Assembly (NCBI GenBank): GCA_000708835.1
Contig: DF237207.1
Location: 55,965 to 119,964, forward strand
Length of the DNA stretch: 64,000 nucleotides
Origin: Klebsormidium nitens
Lineage: Eukaryota > Plantae > Klebsormidiophyceae
Direction of reading: 5' to 3'
Below are positions 48,485-59,200 of the stretch, in pieces (position 1 is the first letter of the stretch; the number at the start of each line of letters is the position of its first letter). The notes beneath the pieces are model-generated. The model was not told the origin of the DNA. It made no database searches and saw only the letters and a program-made list of their open reading frames with translations. Made by a program: the position numbers and the translations under genes.

Positions 48485-51400
48485 ATGCGATTCCGGCGAT
48501 GCAGGGTTTTCAGTGAGTTCTGTGACATGAGAGAAAGTCTCCTGAGCAGATTTCTGGCTGGTCTGGCCCCATTCTCCTCCCAGCAAGTGATGATGAGAGA
48601 CTGTGATCAGCATTGCTTGCTCGAGGTAGGCATTAAGCCTGAAAATGGACGAAGTCTTAAAGAGGTTTCACGTGATCAACAACCACTGCATTGTGGCCTT
48701 TAATTTGTACAGCACTGCACCGGACTTGGCAGGCTGATAAGGAAGAGATGGTTCCTTATGCTTATCCGTATGTGCACATCTGCAGGTGTGGATTGTGTGA
48801 GGCGCTCATGGAGGAGCCTGCCACCCTGGGGTGCCAGCACAGCTTCTGCCGGAGCTGCATCCTTGGCAGACTGGGTGTGCGAGGCCAATCTGACTGCCCT
48901 GCAGAAGGCTGTGGGAAGAAGTACTACAGACATACCCTGAATGAGCCCAGCCCCGTCCAACAGGAAATCGACGTGCTTCTCCGGCGTTGCATCCAGGGTG
49001 TCAGCTGGGACTGCTCCAGGCGCTGCTACAAGCACGTGAGCGTCCTTCTTTTTGAACACAAACCCTTGGAGCGACTGTCAATGCTCTGGTTTTTTGCATG
49101 TAACCCTAGATTCTTAAAGCATTCTGATCTTGGAAAGATGCAGAACGAAACCTTTTGTTAGAATCATGCCAAGCAGATATGTCATAGAGTCCACGCTTTC
49201 GAAAAGTCCCTAGAATCCTCCAGCCCTTCCCAGATGTCTTTCTGTATCCAAGGTGTCTCCAACCTCAAGGCAATCATCTCAGATTGTTGTCAACTGCGCT
49301 GCTGGATAAGCAGTTTGTTTGAGCTTCCTTGGCAGAGAAGGACACAGGTGCTTGCAGAGTCTGTCCTATTGCCCCTTTCAATGGGAACCATTCTCTACAA
49401 TGTCCAGGTGCAAGGCCAGTGCTCCTATGTCGGAAGCAAGCAGGCTGTGGCGAGTCATCAGAGGGAGTGCCCCCTGCGCCCAGTTGGACTGGCCCTGATG
49501 GAGGGGGGGGAGCAGATAGCAGTTCCCTACAAGGATCTGCCTGCCGTGGTCCGTGAGCGACTGCCGGAGCGAGCTGACCAGAGAACCGGCGACTCCATCA
49601 ACGTACGTTGCATATACTAAGTTCTTGAACCCCATCTGGTTTACTTGTGTCAGATCAGCTTGATGACTCTGCTTATCTGTAGCTGGTTCTCTTTGCCTTA
49701 CTTGCAAGTGTGGCGTGCTCAATGATTGCGGCCATCATTGGATCGTTGTACGTTGTGACCTGAGACCTTGAAAAGAAACTCTGGGTCAGACAACGGCCTT
49801 ACTTTCACCCCAAGTCCTCTCCAATGGGTCCCATGGGAACCTTTGCTGATTGGCCGCAAGACTATTCCTCAGCCTGAGCGGCCACTTTCAGATTTAGTGT
49901 CTTCCATGCACATGACAGGTTTTGAGGAAAACCTATAGCAAGTTCATCTCAGATCCACCAGGACATTGGCTGCAAGGCTTGACTGCTCCCACTATGCTTG
50001 CAGCAGTGCCGGGGCCCGAGACAGTTCTGACAAAACTTTGCAATACTGTGGAGTCTGCTTCTTGACATACCTGGATGCCCCCACTTGTGTTGGTCTGAGC
50101 AATTATTAACCTTCTTGCCCTGCTATGAAAAGGCTTCTGTTCTCGAGGCTGTTGTCAATCAAGAACGTTTATAGAGTGGGAGGGGATCCGCTGACCCCGG
50201 TCCAGTCTTAAAGCCCTTGACACTTTACTAAGCTACTCCTAAATTCCTTCAGGCCGGCGCCACCTTCGTTCAGAATCGGAGGGTTTCTGCGGGGACTCCT
50301 GCTCGGCGCAAGATGACGTCTGGAAGAGTCCCTCGGCAAGTCAGCGAAGCATCCGTTGGGAACAGAGACGCTGCGCTCCAGCAGCGAGCCACACGCGAGA
50401 TTTATCCTCAAGCTCCATGCAGTGGGGCACAAGTCGTTGCAAAACGGGTTCAGATAGTTGACAACCAGGGGCGTCACCTGCAGCATGAAGGGCTTGCGAG
50501 ACAGGGAGAGAAGGAGAAGATTGAGAAGCCGGAGTCAGATAAGCGGGAATTGAAGCGACTCTGGGAGCGCGAAGCCAAATCGTCGAAGCGTCTGGAGGTG
50601 GAGTTGCAGCAGGCGGCTACTCAGCATGCTGCGGCGCTGGCAAAAGGCGCGAGGGTGCACAAACAGAAGGAGCGGGCCTGGGCTTCGGAGAAGGTGGAGC
50701 TTCTGGTCAGGTTGGAGACGCAGGCCGACAAGCTGTCCTCGGTTGAGGAGCGGTTCCGGCAAGGACGGCTAGAGTCACCCCTTGCAAACGAGGGGCGCCG
50801 TTTGGAAGAAGCAGTGGCAGGATGGGAAAAGAAGTACTGGGATCGTCGGAACGAGTGGAAGGCTGAGAAAGAAGGGCTGGAGACCGAGCTTGCAGATGCC
50901 AGGGCGGATGCCGAGAGCAATCGCAAAGATGCAGAGAGGGCGCAGAAGGAGCTGGAGCGTGTGCGCAGAGTGTTGCAGCAGGAACGCAGAGATCTGGAGC
51001 GGGTGCGCAGAGTTTTGGAGAGGGCAGAGAAGGATGAAGAGCGTCTTTGTGGTGTTTTAAAACGTGAGCGCAGAGACCTTGAGCGTGTGCGCGGAGAAAG
51101 GACGGAGCTGCGATTGAAGCAGACCGAGACGTCCCTGGGTGTAGGGCAACTAGAGAGGGACCTTAACGACAAGATCGCGCTGGTCAGGGAGCGCGATGAG
51201 AAGATTGTTCAGCTGAAGGCGGCGCTGAGCAACGAGACTACGCTGGTCGAGCAGCGCGGCGAGGAAGTTGCTCAGCTCAAGGCGGCGCTTCGGGGCAAGG
51301 AGAGGGAGCGGGACAGCCTCCGGGGCACGCTGGGAAAGGCGAAAGAGCTGTGTGAGCGGGTTGACATGTTGGAGGCGGGGCTGGAGAGGGGACAGTGCGC

Positions 51401-51506
51401 GCAAGGCGACGCCTGGTTCTGCGTTGTGGAGGAAGCGAAGGGGCTGTTCAGCAACGGCCCTGAAGCAGGAGACGAAGACCTGCGCCGCAAGCGGCGCAGG
51501 CACTGA
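48485..51506 (+). CDS. Second RING + single TRAF-like zinc finger + coiled-coil protein; exons 48786-49035, 49408-49602, 50253-51506 (5' exons tentative)
   Basis: CGLC..CQHSFCRSC..CPAEGC RING, then QCSYVGS..SHQRECP. The GTACGT donor at 49603 splices in phase 0 to the AG acceptor at 50252, in frame with the 50313-51506 coiled-coil ORF. The start (ATG 48485 plus a micro-exon 48584-48602) is speculative. Confidence 0.75.
50948..51105 (+). repeat. Intragenic 42-bp (14-aa) coiled-coil repeat, about 4 copies
   Basis: ELERVRRVLQQERR / DLERVRRVLERAEK / DEERLCGVLKRERR / DLERVRGE. Confidence 0.7.
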
Positions 51507-51516
51507 CACGGCTACT

Positions 51517-51630
51517 GGGACAAGGGGCGAGGGGGCCCAATGGGGGCCAGCCCGGGGGGGGTGTTGGGGGGAGGGGGGTAGCTGTGTGGACCCGTCTTGG
51601 GGAACTGGGGGTCCCAGCAGCTGGGGCTTG
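51517..51630 (+). other. G-run cluster (G-quadruplex potential) just after the stop codon
   Basis: About ten runs of 3-8 G within ~115 nt, e.g. GGGGG-cccaat-GGGGG-ccagccc-GGGGGGGG-tgtt-GGGGGG-a-GGGGGG. Confidence 0.6.
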
Positions 51631-51766
51631 TTGTGCATTTAGGCTCTATGTTTGGTTGGTGTAAACGGTCTGTAAAGGAAGTTAAGTCTGAAGTTGATTT
51701 GCATCAAAGTTGGGATTCGGGGAAGCAGGGGTTGAGGCTAAAGTGCTGGACAGAACGTCTGGTCGG

Positions 51767-51794
51767 TTGCGGGTTGCGGGTTGCGGGTTGCGGT
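51767..51794 (+). repeat. Heptamer microsatellite (TTGCGGG)n, about 4 copies
   Basis: The sequence reads ggttgcgggttgcgggttgcgggttgcggtt. Confidence 0.8.
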
Positions 51795-53854
51795 TCCACT
51801 TTCATCTTAGGCAGTTCACTTCTAAGTGTGTGCTTTGTATATTCTTAGGCGTTGGGAGAAGTGGGACTACTACAGCGGGCTTCTCAGAGGTAGTACGGAG
51901 GTGCGAACTCAGTCGGGGTTGCAGCCTAAAAGCGTTTAGGCGGGTGCTGACACGTGGGCAGGGGCTTTGGGTGCTATACGGACGAGCGCCAAGGGCTGTG
52001 GGACTTTGGGCTACTTTGAGCGCAAGATGGAGTCGAGAGGTGAGGACAGCTTTTTGTGGATCTTTTGGATGGTCAAGATGCATGAGTACTCCGATCGTCT
52101 CTTTTCCACTACTTGAAAGCGTTGGCTGCTTGATCTCTCGGTACATGCTGACCTTTGCGATCAGCCATGTTAACAGAAGATTACAAGAAGAGTGCTATGG
52201 CTTTCCTATCAGCGCAGTTGGAGGCCTCGAAGCAACATTCAACACACAAGTTGACCACTTTATCTCCTGTGGACAAATCTTCAGCAGTCTACTCAGGTAC
52301 GGGGTATTGCTGGATTCCCATGGGTTCTCGACTTTGCGCTTGCAATGGCTTTTCCTAACCCCGTTCTTGTGGTCCCTTCCACAGGCTCGTCAGGTGTCTA
52401 CCTTTTAACTTCTGCGGCGGCCAGGCTGTGGCGGGTGTTGGCGAGGGCGTGCGACTGCGGCGGACATCGACACTCGTTGGCGAGGGCTGGTGCGCGTAGC
52501 AGGACATCCGGCGATGGCGACGGCGATTTTGTGGCGAACGGACCTGGCTCATCAGCGGCAACAGGGCGGCGTGTGGCCGGACGAGCGTCCAAGGCGCTGG
52601 CCCCGACGAGGAGCGACGTATCGCAGCAACCACCACTGCACCCGTCCAGGGTGCGCCAGCTTTCGTCGTGGCAAGCAGCGGCAGGAGCTGCTGTCCTTTC
52701 TTTTTGCAGGCGTCCGTCCGAGCACGCCAGCAGCTCCTGATTGACTTCGGCAAGCGTTCGATTTTTCCAAGGCTGCGTCGAGACGCGACGGTCGAGATCC
52801 TCCAAGCTTCTGATTCATCATTCTCAGCCACGTCACTCTTTCGGGGGCTCCGAACGTTCTGCCACCTAGGGCGCGGATTTGATCGTGTCGAGCTGCTCTT
52901 CGTTTCGACCTTCCCAAGAACGAGAGCGTAACTGGCCGTGCCATTAGCGAGCCCGGTCGGCGATGTTGGAAACTCTACGAGGCCTGAGGTCCCGCTTCTT
53001 GTAAGGGCTTAGCAAGGAAAGGTGGCTTGCTTGCTCTGTGGAAAGCTTTGGCCTTCATCTCCGGGCTCGTCCCTTTTTCATGAGTGTGCTGTGTTGAATG
53101 GTTTTTACCGACTTTGCTGCTAACCGCGCTTTGCTTGTTGCCTGCTGACATCTTGTGATTGTTTTCCTGTCGCCAGCTACGCCGAAAGTCCGGGCGAAGC
53201 GCGTCCTGTGCAAACGGAAACACACCGCCTGCGTGGGCCCGCGCTCATAGAGTTGCCTTCTCAACCGTTGGCACCCGCTCGAGACAGGAAGTTTCCGCCA
53301 TGCGCTGACGGCGTCTTGAGGATTCCGCAGCCCTTTGGGGCACGGACGTGCAGGCAACTTCAGCCAGATCCAGGACGTGACGACAGAGAAGGCGGGAGTC
53401 TGGCGTCCATGGCGCAACTCCCGCTGGGCCCACTGGCTTGGTGCCTTTAGGCTGACGAGCTCTCCAGGCTTGGCCTGGAATCCAGGTTGGTGGACGTGGA
53501 CGGCTGAGCTTCTACAGGGGCCACGTGTCACGTGCACGTGCACAGACGCTGTCGAGGCGCTACTCCATGCAAGTGGACCAAGCCGATCAGGGTGCGCGGC
53601 CAAGGGGCTCAATCCCTGCTCTACGGCAGTGGGCGCCAAGGCCCGTGCTGCCGAGGACCAGGCGTTGACTGGCGAGGCGGGGACGAGACAAGGCGGACGG
53701 ACGTCCAGATGGGCCTGCCCCGAAGGCGCCTCGTTGGCGTGGCCGCCTCATGTAGCAGGCTCCGGCCCGCTCCTGGTAGAAGGCACCTTTGGAGGTGTGC
53801 GCGACGACCGCCAAGACGTGAGATGTGATACCTGCCAAGACGGAGGCCCGCTGG

Positions 53855-53874
53855 NNNNNNNNNNNNNNNNNNNN
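53855..53874. other. Assembly gap (20 N)
   Basis: Run of n in the sequence. Confidence 1.
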
Positions 53875-54019
53875 CAAGCTGTGTCCAGACGGAGGGCCGC
53901 TCTCAAGCTGTGTCCAGACGGAGGGCCGCTCTCAAGCTGTGTCCAGACGGAGGGCCACTCTCAAGCTGTGTCAAGACGGAGGGCCACTCTCAAGCTGTGT
54001 CAAGACGGAGGGCCGCTCT
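53875..54019. repeat. 29-bp minisatellite, at least 5 copies, abutting an assembly gap
   Basis: Unit CAAGCTGTGTC(C/A)AGACGGAGGGCC(G/A)CTCT starts at 53875, 53904, 53933, 53962 and 53991. A degenerate copy (CCAAGACGGAGGCCCGCT) lies before the gap. Confidence 0.92.
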
Positions 54020-54124
54020 CCCGCCGGTGGGCTTGCCGTCGTCCCAACGAGGCCTGTGGCCGCTCGTGCCTGGGGCTTCTGCCTGGTCCAGCGGAGGTGA
54101 CGCCAAGAAGACCCGACCGGAGCT

Positions 54125-54172
54125 CGAAGACGGCGGTCCGAAGACGGCAGTCCGAAGACGGCGGTCGAAGAC
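54125..54172. repeat. 14-bp tandem repeat, about 3 copies
   Basis: CGAAGACGGCGGTC / CGAAGACGGCAGTC / CGAAGACGGCGGT-CGAAGAC. Confidence 0.8.
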
Positions 54173-56281
54173 CGAGGCAAACCCCTGCTGCACACGCGGC
54201 TCTCGGAAGGCAACAACGCCCAAACTCGCGTGTACTATTGTACCGGCGTGGCTCCAGAAGAACGCGCCCTACTTTGGCAGCAGCACCACGAGAAGGACGG
54301 GGCCAGGCGTTCCATGTACGTTGCCCTCGTCACCGGAGTCCTGCTACAAGGATGGCTGTGGCTGCTCCCGACGAGCGCGCCGCCAGCTTCCAGACACGAC
54401 CGCCTCCGCTCGTCACCAACTTTCTCGCAGGCGAAGGTGCCGCGCCACCTGGCTTCAGGTCCTCCAGTCGCGACGCGACTGGCTGCTGACGTCATCGTCT
54501 TCTAACCCCCCCTGCTTCGCTGCGTGTTTCTGGCGGCCCCGTGTCCAAGACCCCACGTGGAGCGCGGGCAAACGGCCCAGAAAGCCCCCGACTTCGTCTT
54601 CAGCGAGGCCCCACCATCAATGGCGACATGCAACGTTCCAAGCGCTGCTCCATCCGGACGTGCTCCGGTTATGATGGACCGTGTCTGCATCTGCGTTTTC
54701 TGTTCAGAGAGGACCCCGGTTCCCTCAACAAATTTGCTTTACGGGCCTCTGGCGACGTCCACTTGCTGCAGCGTCGCTTCGCCTGGGGGCCTTCATCCGG
54801 ATGTCCTCCAACCACCGAAGGCGGGAGGAGGCGTGCTCGGCGTGCCTTCTTCTCCAAGCGAGGCGCCAGTCATCACCGCCGGCTTCTGCTGGCGGCTTCA
54901 ACCGGCTGCGTCGCCGCCTGGGGACGTGTACCTGGTCTAGGACCGGGATGCATCCCCGACTTGGGACGCACTAGGCGGTACCAATCGTCACCAACTTCAT
55001 CAGCACGGCGTGCCGTCGCTCAGCGCTGACGTGGAGGACAGCCGGAGCGAAGGCGCGGGACGGCAACGAGACGCGGGCGGCAAGGCGTAGGCTCCACCGA
55101 GGGACAAGCGGCGCAGAGAGGCTGCGCGGGAGAGACGCTGCTGGCGGAAGGGGGCGAGGCAAGGCAGACTGCCAGGGAGATGCTTCAGCTACTGCAGGAA
55201 GCAGGCAGTCAGAAGGGGACAAAGCAGTGAGGCAGTACCCCGTGAAAGTCGTAGCGTTGGGTGCGTAAGGAAAGATGCAGGCAGGACTAGCTGTTGCGGT
55301 TGGGGCAACAGCCAGTGTCCTGTGGACAAATCAGCATGTACAGTGTTCCTTTTAAGGGTGTCAAGAGTATTTGGAGGTGTCACTAAGATCAGGATAGCAG
55401 TAAACAAAAGAAAAACCTGACAGTGTGCGAACCTACTAGAGCTTGGATTTGCAGTTGATGTCACCAGTCTCGCAATTGTCGAAGTCTTCTTTGGAGCCGG
55501 TTTGGCTTGTAGGGGACAAGTTTCGTTCTTTGGAAACCTCGTGACTCTAGACCATATAACGAATGTTTGTTTGCCAAGCTATTCCTATTCACTTGCATGT
55601 GACTATGTTCAGAACCCTTGCGTGTTCATTTCAGTCCGAAACGCACATTCAGATTGTCACGCATTAAGGGCGGACGCACCGGCACCTGGCCCCAACATGC
55701 CGAGCGCAAGTTTGTTCATCATATGCTATCACGGCCATGGAGCGGCTTCTGACTTTGATCGATGGACGCAGCTCATGCAAATCAATGCAATCGATGGGCG
55801 GGCAGCTTCAATTGGTGGATCCGTATTAGGCCACCCAGACGTAGTGACTCAGCTGGCGTGCATCTGGCATGGCAGATTCGTGCACATGCCATGATGTCAT
55901 CAAGAGGTATATCTGTGTGGTGCACCGATCAAGAGGCCTATGGCCAGTTTGGCTAAGGCAAAGAGGTTGGAGACCTTCATAAAAGTGCATGAAAGCTGTA
56001 GTCTAGGTGGCTCGATCGCTACGCGCATTTCTGAGCCCATTGACTCCAAAACTCACGTTATATACACGCCACATATTCATTGCTATGGATAGCATTCAAG
56101 TATAGCAACCTTGGCTTCGGGTAAATTTTCAGCACAATGACCGCCTGTCTTGACAAGGTGCGTGCGAACGATCCGGACGACGGTTCATCTGTACAAGCTG
56201 AGCAGGTAGAACCTTGTTTGGTAAGAACGCTTCTGTTCTCTGTTTGACTTGCTCTTCCTAGGTGAAGCCGACGCGTGGTAT

Positions 56282-59200
56282 CTAATCACCTCCGAGCTTA
56301 TCTGCGAACACTGCTTCAACACTCCCATCGAACTTGTCCAGCAGTACAATTGCATCGCTCCTAGAGATCGCAAGGAACTCCTGCACATGGAACATGTGAC
56401 GTCAGCATGGGGACTACCGGATCAAAAGTCGGCCTGCCAAAGAGAAGATCTGCTTGCTCGATTGAACCTCGAGGGATGCTACAATGCACACAGCATCCTG
56501 TGCCGGACCTCTCTCGCAACGCCAAGTGACAAGACATACAGGCGTTTTGCAAGCGGCTACACCTGTTACGTGTCAACCACAGAGGTCACGACAGCAGTGA
56601 CGCATCAGCAGTAGCGCTTACCATGAGCGTCAGGATCGACTCGTCAGCCGCACTCTGCTCCCCCGAGGACTGCGGTACCTCAGCTGCTTCCGTTGTTGAT
56701 TCCAGCGCCGAGTCCCCATCCGACTCGCTGCTCTTGAGGGCGTCCAGCTTAAAGAAGGATCGGAACGGGTCTTCGCACATCTGGCACGGCAGAGCGACGG
56801 AGTGAGCAGCGATAATCAGCACCAGAGACATACTGGCAGAACGGCTGGGGTGCTAACTCCAAATTCAAAGTCAAGACGACTAGACTCCAGGCGTACTCTT
56901 TGTACTTTTAAGCAATAGGTCGCCAGCACACGTGTGAGCGTCTGCATCAAAAGCTTCGAGATCGAACCGGGTCTGCCCAAACAACACTGCAGGCTCAGTA
57001 TATTGAAACCGTAACGATGTCCGACAGTCTTCAACACAAGTCTTGGGAGGCGAAGGCGCCTATTATGTCACTCTTTTGTCCGGCATCTCGTATGTACTGT
57101 CAGATGCGAAGAGGGCTAGACGTAGTGGGGCGAAATTGCTTTGTGCACGAGAGGTCTTTCACAAGCCATCAATTGGGAGCTTCGCATACCTGCATCTCAA
57201 ACCACTCGTCGTGTGCGTCGAGCAGGCTTCGCATCAGAACCACGAGCAACGGCTCGGGCACCCCAAGGGCACCGGCCAGAGCTTCCTGCAAAACATAACA
57301 ACAGAGCACAGATTGGTGGTGGCACCGATTCGAACAGTCTGTAAGACGACCAGCGTTCACTGTTTCACATCCACCACGAGGGGATCGAAGCTCAGACACT
57401 CGAAACTGACACACTCGCTGGGAGAAGGGGGACCAGCGCTTTGTAGCACGACCCTGGTAACCTCCTCCTCGTAGAGCCATATCCGTACCTCAAACGCAGG
57501 CAAGAAACGAGCGCACAAATGATAGTCGGAACCAACCAAATCGCTTTCACAAGCGAAAATGCCCTGGCAAACGGCCAGCTCCGGAATCAGACTGTATCCC
57601 ATTGGATCCGGCCTCACCTGTAGCGAGGTGGCGAGGGCTGCTGTGGTGGGCGTCACTTTGGGCAGGTAGGGGCCAGGCTTGGCCAAGGCGAGGAGCGTCG
57701 CTTTCAGGGCCGGGAGCAGCTCGCGGTGCTCCGCAGCCAGGGGGCCGAGCGACTCTCGCGCCAAGCGCAGCGCTGGCTTGAGCTCGCCCGCCTCCAGAAG
57801 CCTGAAGAGGGTTGGAAGCGATCGGTGAACACGTCAGTATCGTAGTCACAAGCTTGGAACCCACGATCCTTCCCAGCCCTCGGGGGCCACAAGCAGCGAA
57901 GCAATGAGTATGCTTAAAAGGGCTCATCCCACCAGTGCAATGAAGCCGAGAAAACGGATCTGTGCACCTAAGAATGAAAGGAGAAGCTCTGCTCTAGTTT
58001 TATCTTTCGAAGCAAACCTCTCAGGGAAGCTGCTGCAGGAGGGGGCCAATTGCATCCCACCCAAATGGTAGCCGTTTCTTTCGATCCTGGGCCTCGACAG
58101 AAATCCAAGCAACCTCCTCCGCCACCTACGAAGGAGTATTCTAAAACCCTTGTCTACTTGAATCAAGTAAAGCTCCTCGACCTTTTGAGAGGAATAATTG
58201 CAAGAGAGTGGCGCCAATGACAGAGGGGTCACCTGACGAACTCCACTTCCTTCAGCCGGAAGAGCAGCTCCTGCTTGTCCGCGAAGAAGCCTGGCACCAG
58301 GCGCAGCGTTTCCTCCACGGCCCGGCCCGTCGCCCCCGTGCTCACCATATCCCGAATCTCCAAAACCTCTCGATACCTTCGCAGCACGTCCGTCCCCAAG
58401 ACGGAAGTCTGCAGATACTCCTGCGCGCTGGCCTGTCGTCGAGGGCGCTGCTGGCCCCCCTCGCTTCCGGATGCCTTTGAGGCCGAAGCCTTTTCAGAAG
58501 ACTGCTCCGTGACCAGGCTGCCCGGTTCGCCAGCGTGCGCTTCAACCGTTGGGCCATCAGGGTTGAGCAGGCTGGCTTCAAGCGACTTGACGTCGTCTTC
58601 CGAGAACTCCGTGCTGGCGGCCGAAGCATCCTCGAGATGCAGCCCCAGTGCGCCGTCGTGCAGCTCCCGAAACCCCTCGGGCCGGCCCCTCCACACCAGT
58701 ACCGGCTTGGGTCCGGGGGCGACCGGCTCCCCCGAAGCTCCGTTTGACTGGTCGCCCTCTTGAGCGTCATGCATCCGCACGTCACCATCTTCGTCTACCT
58801 GGGTTACTTGCTCACCTGACTTTGTTTCTTTATCATTGCCGAATTGTTGCTGGACTGTACAAGGACCCGAGACTTCCGCTTCGCTTCCGTGTTTTCTGAG
58901 CGTTTGTGGCTTTTCTACGCCCTGCACTGCCTCTCTGCTACTCACATGCTTCGATGCGCTTCTTGTACCTACTTCTACTGAGCCCCTGCTATTATTGCCT
59001 ACCGCATACTCTGTGTTGGAGGTTGAAGGCTGGTTCTGATTGGAATATTGAGGCACTTGACTGGGGCTCGATCCTGCCTCTGTACATGACTGACGTGATG
59101 ACTCAGGCCCGCAATCCACAAGGCCCCTGTACACACCATACTCCCGTGCGAGTTCGTCCACGAACGTCCGGTTCACGCGCATGCGGCTAAGCTCGTTCTG

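Noticed and set aside
51767-51794. Telomere-like interpretation of (TTGCGGG)n
   Set aside because: It differs from plant and algal TTTAGGG/TTTTAGGG repeats and has only ~4 copies; treated as a microsatellite.
56249-56614. Plus-strand 121-aa ORF (MLFLGEADAWYLIT...)
   Set aside because: It is the antisense shadow of the last exon and intron of the LisH/CTLH gene, whose minus-strand reading matches the plant family.
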